DNA of 64,000 bases from contig NC_042999.1 in assembly GCF_006345805.1 (NCBI RefSeq), positions 28,644,001 through 28,708,000 of the forward strand. The letters are read 5' to 3'. The position numbers and the translations under genes were made by a program. Below are positions 38,935 to 53,457 of this stretch, one piece after another (position 1 is the stretch's first letter; every line of letters begins with the position of its first letter). This DNA is from Octopus sinensis. Taxonomy: Eukaryota. Under the pieces are notes generated by a model that saw nothing but the letters and a program-made list of their open reading frames with translations, was not told the origin of the DNA and did no database searches.

Positions 38935-39885
38935 TGTATGTATGTATATATATATATATATATATTTACAGATATATCTATAGGTATTACGGCGAAAAGC
39001 GAAAGAAGAGAAAGTGAAAAAAGAAGAAAAATATATTTCTAATGGAATTTCAATGGGTTAAAAGAAAACTTTCTCTCACCCTCTGCATTCATCTACCCTT
39101 CTCTTCCTCGTTCTTGATTGTCCTGAAACCTCTCTTCTTGTCTTTGTTTTTATTCTATTTGATTTGCTTTTTCTCTATTCTCCTATCTCCACCCAAATAT
39201 TTTTCCTCTTCTTCTCAACGAAGCAAAAATATAAATGAACAAGGAAACGCTCTGTATTTACCATGTTCATGTTGTTTTGAATTCCATAAAGAAACAAAAG
39301 CGCTAATAAAGAATTATCCAATATTTTGACTGCCTCCGTTTCTCAATATACAATATCTGTACACAACTTCAAACACTGTATACACACATACACCCCCATA
39401 CCACATCTATATCAGCATGAGTGCGTGTATGTGTAGTTATATTACTTGTGTTCATGCATGATAATATATATCATATTTTACGTAGCTTAGCGTTTAACAT
39501 TGTGAGGGAGTTTAGAAAACCTTTTCGTCCCGTAGGGAAACAATATTTTCCCTATCAATTATTTAAAATATACTAAACATGCGGAGCATTTCCTTACGTA
39601 CATCCAGCGACGAAAGTTTAGCTTCGCGGATGACGCCTGGTAGCCGTTTGTGGTGAAAGTGGTCTCAGCGCACACTGCTGGGTACGTACACAAAACAAGT
39701 TTTGAATGCAACTCTTTAAAGTCTCCTATCTAAACATCTAATTTTAAACATAACCTAAATATATTTATATACATAAACACATATATATGCACACATGCAC
39801 ACATAAACCCGCACACACATAGCACACCCGCATATATATATACACATATTCATGGAAATTATATATATATATATATATATACAGA

Positions 39886-40118
39886 TATGTTTCTTTATTA
39901 GCCACACAGGGCTGCACACAGACAGAACAAATTACAAGGTAGAGCTTTTCTTTTGGGGGTAAAAAAAGGGGGTTGGTTTTCGATCAAAAGGGATCGTTAA
40001 AGGAAAGAAAGAGGACAAAAAAGGGGAGGATTTAAAAAAAGGGGGGAGAGGAAAAAAAAGGAAAGGGGAGAGGAAAAAAGTTGATCAATAGGGATCGTAA
40101 TCACAGAAATGTCAATAT
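39886..40118 (-). mobile_element. Probable LINE 3' end between (TA)n and (GATA)n
   Basis: Minus strand ends AATAAAGAAACAT next to (TA)n, similar to the aataaagaa ends at 28863 and 30053; no coding sequence seen. Confidence 0.35.
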
Positions 40119-40119
40119 A

Positions 40120-40269
<150 letters not shown>

Positions 40270-40789
40270 CACAAACACACACACATGTATGTTTGGAAAC
40301 ATTTCTGTTTTTATCTGGATATTATGAAAACAAAAACATTTAGAGAATATGCAAGGCACATAAATGTAAATAGTAATGTAAAAAATTATAAGATTTTAGC
40401 ATATAAAAAAAATATAATATGAAATATAAATATAAGACAAAGAGAATCAAAACGAAATAACAGCATGAAAATATTATAATATAGAAACATGCGTATCATA
40501 TATCTCGTAAAGAAATTAGAAAGGATAATAAAAATATCAATATAAATAAAAGACACGCACACAAAGGCAAACACACACAGACAAAAGGACACAGAAGCAG
40601 ATACACACGCACACAATGATATGCAAAAACACACATGCACATATAAAATTATAAATGTGACAGGAAGCAAAAGTATATAAATATAATAACAAGTCAATAA
40701 AATAAAGAGAAAATTATACAAAAGCATAACTGTGGGTGAATTAAATTCTGCCTTTGTGGGGGAGTGTTTATATATATATATATATATAA

Positions 40790-40843
<54 letters not shown>

Positions 40844-41142
40844 CATATATACACATGTGCACATATATATATGGGTATGGGAATTTTATCTATCAGTATT
40901 TGAGATATAGATATGTGTGTGTACAAGTTGGCGTACGGATAGATACCTATGGGTATATGACTGTGTATATGAGTGTGTATATATATGTGTGTGTTTGTAT
41001 GTGTGTATATGAGGTTGCATGAGTGTGTGTGTGTGTGTGTGTGTGTGAGTTTGCTTTTTTTATATGGATAGATTTTGTGTGAGTATACATAGCTATCGTT
41101 GTTTCTCTGTAGATAAGTATGTTTGGTATGTATATATAAGTC

Positions 41143-41197
<55 letters not shown>

Positions 41198-41324
41198 ATA
41201 TATATGTTTATATATATATATGTTTATATATATATATATGTTATATATAAATATGTGTTTATATATATATATATATATATAATATATATAAATATAGATA
41301 AATATATATATATATATATATATA

Positions 41325-41710
41325 TAGGCGTAGAAGTGGTGGGTGTGGTAAGTAGCTTGCTTACCAACCATATAGTTTCGGGTTCAGTCCCACTCCGTGG
41401 CACCTTCGACAAATGTCTTCTACTATAGCCTCGTGACTGAATTTGCTAGACAGAAACTGAAAGAAGCCCGTGATATATGTGTATATATATATATGTGTGT
41501 GTGTCTGTGTGTTTGTCCCACCCCCAACGTCGTTTTTCAACCGATGGTGGCGTGTTTACGTCCCAGTAACTTAGTGGTTCGGCAAAATAGACCGATAGAA
41601 TAAGTACTAGGCATACAAAGAATAAGTCCTGCTGTCGATTTTGTCGATTAAAGGCAGTACTCCAGCATGACCACAGTCAAATTACTGAAAGAAGTAAAAG
41701 AGTGAAAAAG
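41325..41710 (+). mobile_element. tRNA-derived SINE family A
   Basis: ggcgtagaagtggtgggtgtggtaagtagcttgc...ggttcagtccc...cagtcaaattactgaaagaagtaaaagag. Confidence 0.9.
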
Positions 41711-41721
41711 ATGTATGTATC

Positions 41722-41733
41722 GATCTATATCTA

Positions 41734-41820
<87 letters not shown>

Positions 41821-41832
41821 ATATATATAATA

Positions 41833-41880
<48 letters not shown>

Positions 41881-41885
41881 ATAAT
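41722..41885. repeat. (TCTA)n then (TA)n microsatellite
   Basis: Directly visible. Confidence 0.97.
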
Positions 41886-42004
41886 ATTTAAGGCCTGCTC
41901 GCTTAGCCAGCGGGGTGGCGTTATTCGAATTCTAAAACAATGCGAACGCATTGTGACCAGCGATTTGTAACAACATCTGATGGTCTGGTCGGTCACGTGA
42001 TCAA

Positions 42005-42053
<49 letters not shown>

Positions 42054-42118
42054 TATATCAGTATATATATTAATATATATATACTATATATATATATACA
42101 TATATCATCAACATAAGC

Positions 42119-42242
42119 AACAGGATATCAAGTAGTTATGCAGTACGACCGTTTCAAGCCGTTCTATTTAATTGAACAATGCAACCATTACATTAGATTA
42201 AATTGAAACGATCGTACTGCATTACGACTTGATATCCTGTTG
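42119..42242. repeat. Short foldback element (39-bp arms); second copy at 49416-49497
   Basis: aacaggatatcaagtagttatgcagtacgaccgtttcaa / ttgaaacgatcgtactgcattacgacttgatatcctgtt. Confidence 0.85.
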
Positions 42243-42374
42243 ATTATTTTTGGTTTTATTTGCCCTTCTACAAGTTGTGTCGATAATACCCGACTGTCCT
42301 GGTGCTTCAACTTAAGTACCTAATTCAACAGAATCTTTATTATTTCTTGTATATATATATATATATATAATATT

Positions 42375-42572
42375 AACTTTTGAAACAGAGATCTCTAATG
42401 GATGCAAATTGATTTCTTAAATTAATTGACATACTCACCTACAATTCTTTCATTTCACAAACAAAATTATGCAACAAAACATTTTGTTTGTGAAATGCAA
42501 CAATTGTAGGTGGATATGTTAATTAATTAATAAATCGATTTGTATCCATTTGATCACTGTTTTCAAATTTAA
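42375..42572. repeat. Imperfect foldback (~90-bp arms, ~13-nt loop)
   Basis: cacctacaatt...catttcacaaacaaaat / attttgtttgtgaaatg...aattgtaggtg; outer parts tgaaacagagatc / gatcactgttttca. Confidence 0.8.
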
Positions 42573-42901
42573 TAATAATATTTGATATTTTAAGATATTT
42601 TAAATACTATATTCATTAAAAAAAATATTTCTTCCAAATACAATATTTTAAACCAATGTATCTCTGATAAATATTTCCCTGTAAGATCTCTAAATGTCGT
42701 CGTTGTGACTTCGTCATGATAAATCGCTACCCACTACACATTCTTTATTTTCTCTCCCTGTTTCCTTCTGTGTTCCTTTCTGTAGAAGAGCGTAGACTCG
42801 AAACGTTAAAGACTTTTTCTCTTCTTGAGTGTTAAACTAATGCATCTCTATGTTGTCTACACCACCTGTCTTAGTCTTTTGTTTTTTTTGTGAATTCTCC
42901 C

Positions 42902-42954
<53 letters not shown>

Positions 42955-43034
42955 GCACGCGCACACTCTCACAACTACATACACACACATATACATATAT
43001 ACATCAGTACGTTTACTCGTGCTTGTGTGCATAT

Positions 43035-44184
<1,150 letters not shown>

Positions 44185-45090
44185 TGTAAGGACATGTCTG
44201 TATATTCATTACTATATGCGTGAGTTTCCGGATACGGTATATACAGAGATATGTGTATTTCGACTCTTACTTAGTACTTTAAAATACTCCGATTGAAATG
44301 AATCCGGCAATAACAGACAGAGTTAAAATCCACTGACAAAGTTGCAAAAGCAAGGAAAAGTTTTGAAAGTAAAAATAGAAATAAATATATTAGTGGAAAC
44401 CGAACTGGTGAGTGTGTTATATAATCAGACATGAAGACACTATGACTCTCCCAGGTACAGCATAATTTGCTTTAACACACGACTTCACATAAAGAATCTT
44501 GCAAAGCAGATACAAAACGAAGTTTATATACACATGCGCACGCGTGTGTGTGCGTGCTTGTATGTGTGTGTAGAATATGGAAACTTGCATATCCTCAACA
44601 TTCATTTCCTTTTCTTTTACAAAAATATGCTGTATGAAAGTGTAAAATACGAGGAATTACATTTTCAGGAAGAGCAAGTCACGATATTCCATATCGTTAT
44701 AATTATTGCTTATAAACACTCCAGATAACTTTAGCATCCAGGGAAGGAAACACAGAATTTCCCATTGAAGAATATTAGAGAGTGATGGACAACTCGTAAT
44801 AGTCATAGACATTAAGCACTACTCGATGCAGTTAGCCATAATGTTGTCATAAACTGACATCCACCACGGTATATCCGTCTAAATTCTCTCTCTCACTCTC
44901 TCACACACATACACACAAACCCACGCATGCACGTACCCGGGCCCGCACGCATACACACACACGAATATATAATATATATATATATGTTTTATATATACAT
45001 GTTAATATATATATATATACATATTGTTATATTTCGGAATGGTCATTTTGCCAGTTTAGCCAATAACCTTGCACAACAAATATATAAACG

Positions 45091-45128
<38 letters not shown>

Positions 45129-45134
45129 ATAATA

Positions 45135-45184
<50 letters not shown>

Positions 45185-45199
45185 TTCCGTGTCCTGAAA

Positions 45200-45900
45200 T
45201 GTTCCTAGGCTGAACAAGATACTCTCAAAGGATCTGACCAAATTAGGTTTATTTCCAATATACTCTCCTTTACGGACTACACACATCATCCATCGTTGTT
45301 GCAGTGCTTGGATGACATTGATGACGAGGATCTTCGTCATATAGGTAAAAAAAAAATTATCATGTGACACCTAAATATGTATGGCACCCCTAAATTATAC
45401 GCAAGGTTTAATGTCATACATGCTTGAATAAATTCTCAACAATTATATGTCCCCACATTCAATCAAAAAACATTCTCCATAGTATCAGGTCTTTACAGCC
45501 TAACGTGCAGTTAATTATCATTCTCTATATCAGAAAATTTTAACTCAAAAGAGACTACATAATGGCAAGATGAACTCAAATGCTTTCCAGTCCAATCATG
45601 GGTTAACTGGCCGAAACTTCGGAATTACACTCAATAATATTTTCAAAGTATGTAATAGTAAGATCCAAGGATCTAGGTGTCGGGAGATAGTCATCTTCAA
45701 GGAGTCCGTGAGAGATATAAAAACAACATTCAGGAACAATAATAGTTCATTAGCGTGGGAGGTTGTCGGATTCTTCTATATCGAAGTTCGATAAACTGAA
45801 AAAAAATGACAACTTTCATAGTTCACGGTTAGCATCTAGAGTTGCTACGAATGAGAATAAAAGTCCAAATTAAATGAATAGAGCAGGTAAAATTCAGGAT
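45200..45900 (-). mobile_element. Very decayed LINE RT fragment
   Basis: Minus-strand pieces KFRPVNP*LDWKAFEFIL (cf. NYRPISLL...K.FE.I) and FRGAIHI*VSHDNFF (cf. DF.KAFD.V.H..LL). Confidence 0.35.
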
Positions 45901-46537
45901 CCGTGTTTCCTAGCAAGCAGATCCTCGGAAGTAATAATTACTCAACGAGGGGTAGTGTATTGGCTACTCATCAGGCCAAGGATACTATAGTTAAATGATA
46001 GTTACATTGTCGTTAAAGAATCGCGAAGATATAATTTTAAATGAGTGGTGAAGCCGGGAGAACCGAGTGAAAAGAACTAGAAAAACACGCGTATGAAGTA
46101 ATAAAATGGTCGGTAATAGAAAAGAAGGAAGAGGTCGGAAATATTGGATTCGAAAATACTCTAAAATAGTTACAGAAAAATAAGAGGAAGCGGGGATGCA
46201 GAACGGGAATTTAGGTTATATTGATGCTGACTAAGGGAAGAGTTATTGTGAATATTAGGCTGGGATCATTTTACTGCGTCAATGGTAAATAAATATATTG
46301 TCGCACCGATGCATATATATTTATAAGAAATCAAAAACAAAGAAGTTTTAGAAGTAAAATGGTTAAGAACGAGAGGAAATGGAAGAGAAGAGGCCAAATA
46401 TTTAGGAGTGGTAGAATGTTGATTTGAAGAAAAGACGAAGAGGACGAAATTGAGGAAGAAAGAAAATAAAGTTACTAGACATTAGAGGGACGTATCACTC
46501 TGAGTTAAATTGGTGAAAGAAACTCGCCTAAAATGAA

Positions 46538-46798
46538 AGAAACTCGCCTAAAGAAATTTTTCATGAGAAGTGAATTCGTTGCACACCTTAAAACATCTTA
46601 TACTCAATCATTAACACTTCAACAATGAATGTTTTCATACAACATAGGATTTCAGTATTGCTTATACTGCGACATGCTCTAAATAAATGAAGTATGCCCT
46701 TCATAGCTGTTTTAACATACCAACATATCTACATAGGCAAAGGTGATTGTACTGTTGATAATATGAAGCAGAGAGGAACTAACATGCAAGAGCTGAGA
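46538..46798 (+). repeat. ~260-bp direct repeat, partner 52361-52622
   Basis: agaaactcgcctaaagaaat...aacatgcaagagctgaga is colinear in both places with scattered substitutions. Confidence 0.9.
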
Positions 46799-47010
46799 GT
46801 ATACAGTAAGAGTATACATTCGCATATCTGTGCGGGCGTACGTAAGTTCTCTGTGTAACTATAGCATCCCATAGGAGTGCCCGCGCGTGTACGCGCCTGA
46901 ATAATCTTATGTTGAGAGACGAAGATGTAGGGTGGGTTAAGAAAATATCAATGAAGCTAAAGTATTTTAGTGTTATAAATATATAGATGATCTCCAAGTG
47001 TGGAAGGATT

Positions 47011-47879
47011 TACTAGATGATATCAAAAGTTTCCATTACTAATTATGTTTAATAAATAATGATTTATTTACCGAAGTTTTAACATCGGTGATCCTTTCCC
47101 ATTTTGGAATTCAGCCTGGAGTTTGTTTTCTGTTAGGGAGTCGAGGACCTTCTACGATTTACCATGGGTCTCGACGACGGTGTTTAAACTGTGACCTTTG
47201 AGCTGCATTATCATGTTGGGGATGAGATGCAAATCAGCGGGTGGTAAATCTGCGGAATAAGGCGACAGAGGAAGCGATACCATGCTTTTGGCGTGAAACT
47301 CACGTGTGAAGACAGCTTGGTGAAAAGGTGAAATCCAATTCTTCGCACTCTACAGATCAGCTCCTTTTCACCGAATGACCTCCCTCAAACGCCTCAGAAC
47401 GTCGCAGTAGAACTCTCGATTGACGTTGTGGCCTGGGGTACGAATTCTCTAGGTACAGTACCACATTTATGGGGTTAACACCCATGGCAGGACTTCCAGG
47501 TCACTCATCGGATTCCAGGGACGTTTTTCCGCGTTTGAGGCACCCGTGTAACACGAAACATTATGTACAACCTATTTCCTCGTCGCCGTAATCTTGCCGA
47601 AGCTTGCTCCATGTCTCTGTAGCAGACTCCACAGGTTTAACACAACATTTCACGTTGGTCCTTTGTTTCACATTCCTGTCGATGACAAAATCGCAGACTA
47701 CAGGATACACGTCATCAGAAAAACACTATTTTCACAACTTGCGAAATAAACACAGTGATGTCACTCGGTACACTGCCTCATGAAGGTCACTGTTAGATCT
47801 CACTGAGCAATCAACTATGTGCTGCCCTCTGTTGGCGTGCTACAAAAATCGTCCGGAAAGGTTTCGATTCCACCTCTTA
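47011..47879 (-). mobile_element. Internally deleted mariner relic (second family)
   Basis: Minus-strand pieces QRTNVKCCVKPVESATETWSKLRQDYGDEEIG (HTH region) and EFVP / VNREFYCDVLRRLREVIR; degenerate TIRs tactagatgatatcaaaagtttcc and ggaaaggtttcgattccacctctta. Confidence 0.8.
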
Positions 47880-49415
47880 GTTAGATAATAACTGGGGAGG
47901 GTACTACATTTGTACCTGAAGAATGTGTTATGTAACTTGTGTTTGCGATTAAGAATTAAGCCGCTACATTCGTTAAGACAATCACTATATTGCATAATGG
48001 ATTATTCTTCTGAAATGCAGCGATCGCATCTGTTGTTACAAGCGTTATACCGTTTGGCATTGTAATGATGGAACCTTTCAAATTGAACAGAACTGAGTTT
48101 TGTTTTAGGCTATGAATGAGCGTAGATAAAGAAGCCCTGTAAGTTTTCGCTTGAGAAGTAAATCCAGAATAATGGATATGCGCGTTAATATGTAAATGTA
48201 GATTCTTAAAATCGAGTTGTAAGCCACCTATACAACTCTGACTGCTATGCTCTGGTAATTGCTAGAAACTTTACTTCCCATTTTCACGCAATTTCTTTTC
48301 CCCACCTCTCTTCTCTCCTAGCAAGTCCACCTTACTCCCACCCATATATAAATTGATCTCTTCTTTGCTTATTCTGCTTATACTCGATTGTTTGACTTTT
48401 CGTAACTTGTTGTTGATTCTTTATATCCACGTCAGTTAGAGTTACAGGAAACTGGACCGATAGTATAGGGGCAAGACTTCAAAAAAATAAATACTAGGAT
48501 TTAAGTTACTGCCCCCAGCATGACCGTAGTCTAATGACTGAAACATGAAAACAGCGTCGACGATAGAGGTACAATGAATGGTATGCAAATTAAATACTTG
48601 ATGTATTAAATTTATCTCTACTTCTTGAGGAGGTCTCATAATCATTAAATGGAAATAAGAACAAATGCTCTGCAGGGGCATTGGCGAAGTCAAGATATAG
48701 GATTTCTTACTGTCGGAAGATGAGAGGAAGTTTATAGCCTACCTCAGCTGCACAAATCAAGGTATTTATTCTTATACAAGAAGAGATGAACACATTTATG
48801 ACTAGATAATATGCATATTTGAAATAAAAATGAAATAAGAGAAATATCACTGAGTGACTTTACATTTAAGGGAAAAGTGAATTTTAAAATGTTTAAGACT
48901 GTATATATTGCTATATTCATGCTCCAGTTTGGGGTGTTCTTAAATTACACTGCGTATTGCAAAAGAACATACACGGTGAAATGTATGAATATGTAGAGAA
49001 AGAGTGACTGTATCATAGATTTCCAAGAATATACACTCATACAGGCTTGAGAGCAGTATTCACTTTTCATACGAAACTTTACTATGAAGAATATATATAT
49101 TTTAACCGTTATTAAATTCATTGAATTATTTTGACAGTATCTAATACTTACTCCGGATGACCTGATTTAGTAATAGGTGCGACATTTCACATTTGGAGTA
49201 AGATGTAGAGTTGCTGATGAAATTATAATTGATTGAAACGACGTCATTTTTTATATCTCTATTTTATAGTTGACAATAAGCTTGACAGATTTTATGAGGG
49301 ATTTCGTATCTAGCAAATTTAATTAATTAATATATTATGAGCATATGCTGGCTATAGGTTTTCGGTATGTTATATAGTAAATTACGGTATAAGATATGTA
49401 AGCTTATCTGTGAGT

Positions 49416-49497
49416 GTAATGCAGTACGATCGTTTCAATTTAATCTAATGTAATGGTTACATTGCTCAATTAAATGGAACGGCTTGAAACGGCCGTA
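49416..49497 (-). repeat. Truncated second copy of the 42119-42242 foldback
   Basis: gtaatgcagtacgatcgtttcaatttaatctaatgtaatggttacattgctcaattaaatggaacggcttgaaacggccgta is the reverse complement of ~42145-42225. Confidence 0.85.
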
Positions 49498-50994
49498 TGG
49501 GTTTCCGTTGTATGTACGTTTGTAAGTGTGTATGCTTTACATTTGTATCTAAGTCAAGTCACTGCTTCACTGTTTCTAACTTGTTCTTCATCTTCATTAT
49601 CTAATCTGTGATTGAAATCTATAGAATTTTTAGTTGGTAGTTGAAAATCTATAGTTCTTAAAATGCAGAGGCATTTATTATCAGTCTGTAACAAATAGAT
49701 CATTGGTCAAAAGTGCTCAGGTAAACATTGTTATATGCTTTTATTAAAGTTGCATCCAGAACCATATCGTAAACTATTCTCATTAAACCTCTATCCTTTA
49801 TTTGACGACGTATGTTGTGAAGTGTGCAAGACGAACTTGTTATTGCTAGCAGGTGAGATCATGTTGAGGCTTACTTTTGCAAGACGTCAATGACTTTTAG
49901 CATAACCGGCACAGAGTCATAGTGACATGCAAAAAGACAAAACCAAAACGAAAAGAAAGTTTTTTATGTCTTAATTTTGGCAAGGCACCACTTTTGTAGG
50001 TTAAATGTTATTTGCGTGGTCATAATCAAAACCAAAGAAGCACATTTCATAGCAGCAGAAAAATACGGAATGATCAATAAAGCTCATATAAAACTATGTA
50101 ATGTCAAGCTTCATTCGAATTTTTTTCCTATTATAACAAACAAAATATTTTATTAAATTACACACCACCAATTGTCTATAATGTAATCATATAATTCTTT
50201 CTATGTTGTCATTATATATAAAACTAAAACGAGGAAAGCATCGAAGAAAAATATTGTAATTTCTTTCTTATTTATTGAAAAGAAGCACCATTGCGAAAGC
50301 ATGGAAATTAGAAGTGATAGAATCTAAGTCATCTTCACTGTAGAATAAAAATATTGTGCATAAACTAGCGTTAACCATATCGCAGAAAATATGTTTTTGG
50401 AAATGATAGTAATAATGAAAACAGAAAAAAGGGTAATGATGATGAGGATGGAGAAGAGGAGGAGGAGAAAAATTATTCTTATCTTAATTTTTAACGTGGT
50501 CAACAATTTTGAGGGAGATGGTAAGTCTATTACATCTACCCGAGTGTTCAACTGCTACTTATTTTATAAAGCACAAGAAGGATAACAGGCGAAGTCAACT
50601 TTGGCTGAATATATTATGGAAGCTTTTCATCAATATCTCAAATCTCAATGTCTCAAACGTCTCAAAAAACTATATCTTCTTATCTGTAACTGTTTCGGAT
50701 AATTCTAAATTTCATATGAGAAACTTATACGTAAAATTTGGCTTAAATATTTTGATGACATTTTAAATAGCGAAGCTTCGATTATGGTGGCTCAAAAAAG
50801 TCAGTGTTACAGTTATCGGATAGTGGTACATGAATGTATCTTCAGTTAGTGACGAGATTTTAAAAGGTAATTTATTTAATGTCAAACTATCAGGAATTTC
50901 AAATTTGTACATTTGGTGCTGTAATTTTTTTAAATACTTTCTAAAAGTGTTTTACGTCATCCCAAGCATATGAAAATGCTGCTCGCATACACGA

Positions 50995-51139
50995 TACATG
51001 TATGTATGTATGTATGTATGTATGTATGTATGTATGTATGTATGATGTATGTATGTATGTATGTACGTGTGTGTATAAATATAAATATAAATATATACAT
51101 ATATATATATATATAATATATATATATATAATATATATA

Positions 51140-51180
<41 letters not shown>

Positions 51181-51195
51181 TATATATATATATAA
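50995..51195. repeat. (TATG)n/(TA)n microsatellite
   Basis: Directly visible. Confidence 0.95.
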
Positions 51196-52360
51196 CAAAA
51201 TTGAAGGGAAAGAATAAATATGCACCCTTCACAATACAAAATTGAATAATATTCATTTCATTTCAAGGGGAAGATTCTTCCTGAAGAAAATCACAATACT
51301 GGAAATGTATTCAATAGATATCTAGTTCATATACAATATCCATATTCCAAATGGGCCTTTGCAGAACCATCGATGTAATAGTTATCCAACGGCAATTTCA
51401 AGTTCCAGTAGAGGCTAAAACGCATGCATTTTCAGGTGTTTATATAGATAAGACAGAACCAAATAGATATACGGGGAAATGCACCCAAGTAGATATTAAG
51501 GGGCATTTACACAAAGCCAGCATCCCAGAGATGAAGTATTTTATTATCTCGTTTAGGGATAGTAATATGGCCACTGTAATTTTCATTTTCAATATTCTTA
51601 TTTTTTGCCATATTTCAAATGCAACTAAAATGTGTTCTAGAATGAATATTATTTGCACGATTCTTATTCTCCGATGCGTAAGCATGCATTTATATGATGA
51701 CGTTGGGAAGAAAATGAAGCACAAAGCCTGTAACTAGAATGGAATTGATACATTGCATGCATATAGCATATGACCATTCGCTTTATATGGATGTGGAAGT
51801 ATTGTGATATAACATTCCAATATATTCAACATTTTCGACCACCACACTAAAGTCAAATTATCACATATAGTCGGGCCTGAAATGCATTACGGACAATTTC
51901 TTGGGAAGAACGTCATGAGAACCCACTCTAGGTTCTATTTTGCACTTTTGGGAACTTCACATGCTAGTATTTATAGTACCACTCAACGCCTTTATGGAAA
52001 TTTGTCATAGTACTTCTGGAAACATCATGTTATCTAATGAAATCTGTTTTTGAGCTGCAGTTATCAAATTATTAATTGTGTGGGCATGAAATATGCACAT
52101 TATACAGGAATACATTCAATTCAAAGCATTCAGATATTTGTGTTTAATACGTAATATTTCATGAGGTTACCCGATATAAACAGCAATAAGCTTGAAGCAC
52201 AAGCGGCATTGAAAACATTCAAATTCCAGGCAGATATGCACTGTATGAGGTAGCATTTCACTAATGTCAGTGATAATAGAATCCAACTTATTATTGTTTA
52301 TACTAAATACTCCATTTCCTTCTTATTTAATAAAACACGAATGATACTGTAAAAAAAGTA

Positions 52361-52622
52361 AGAAACTCGCCTAAAGAAATATTTGATGAGAATTGAATTC
52401 GTTGCATACCTTAAAATGTCGTATACTCAATCATTAACACTTGAACAATGAGTGTTTTCATACAACATAAGAGTTTCAATATTGCTAATAGTACGACATG
52501 CTCTAAATAAATGAAATATCCCCTTCATAGCTGTTTTAACATATCAACATATCAATATATGCAAAGGCGATTTTACTGTTGATAATATGAAGCAGAGAGA
52601 AAATAACATGCAAGAGCTGAGA
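52361..52622 (+). repeat. ~260-bp direct repeat, partner 46538-46798
   Basis: See 46538. Confidence 0.9.
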
Positions 52623-53092
52623 TAAAAACCGTGTAATTTACATTCGTATCTACACAAGTTTTTCTTACTACATAAGAGGACATGATCCTCTCCATAATTT
52701 AAATATGTTTGCATTTATTCTACTATTTTATTTAACTTCTGCAATATGTATCATATTTAACAACCCTGACATTAATACTTATACAAGTGTTCATATAATC
52801 ATATATAAATTATAGATGCAACTTTTACATAAATGCATACACGAATTCATGCATACATACGTATGTATGTGTGCGTGCGTGCGTGTGTCTGTGTGTCTGT
52901 ATATATAAATATATTACATTTATATATTTGTTTTGCAAGATTCTTGATGTGAAATCGTGTGTTGAAACAGATATTGTTGTATTTAGGAATTGTCATGTTG
53001 CCAGTTTAGCCAATAAAAACACACGCACTATATTTTTGGTGTTAATTTGCTTCAGCTATATTTATTTTTTACATTAATCTTAATTTTATTTC

Positions 53093-53137
53093 GGCAAGAG
53101 TTCTTTCGTCACACTTCTGTGACCTCATCAGTGGTCC
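53093..53137 (-). ncRNA. HHR-like motif (left arm)
   Basis: Reverse complement ggacca-CTGATGA-g-gtcaca-gaag-tgtgac-GAAA-gaacTC-ttgcc: perfect 6-bp stem II, weakened stem I. Confidence 0.55.
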
Positions 53138-53412
53138 TTTGCTTTCCTCTTTCTTATTTGTGTGTTTCTCCTTACTAACGATCACCCATTTTGTATTTTA
53201 TATTCTTATTGTAAAAAAGCAAATTACACGAATGTGTATAAACAGGAGATACAGATATTACAGGCACACCCCACATATACACACTAACAAAAAATAAAAA
53301 CACATAGAAGCATATGCATGTGCAAGTAAAGACACATACAATAAGAATATAAAATACAAAATGACTGATTGTTAGTAAGTAGAGACACACAAATAAGAAA
53401 GAAGAAAGCAAA

Positions 53413-53457
53413 GGACCACTGATGAGGTGACAGACGTGTGATGAAAGAGCTCTGGCC
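53413..53457 (+). ncRNA. HHR-like motif (right arm)
   Basis: ggacca-CTGATGA-ggtgacagacgtgtgat-GAAA-gagcTC-tggcc: stem I gg(a)cca/tggcc, stem II partly mutated. Confidence 0.55.

Noticed and set aside
51351-51737. 128-aa plus-strand ORF
   Set aside because: No recognisable domain, and the frame is interrupted by stops on both sides.
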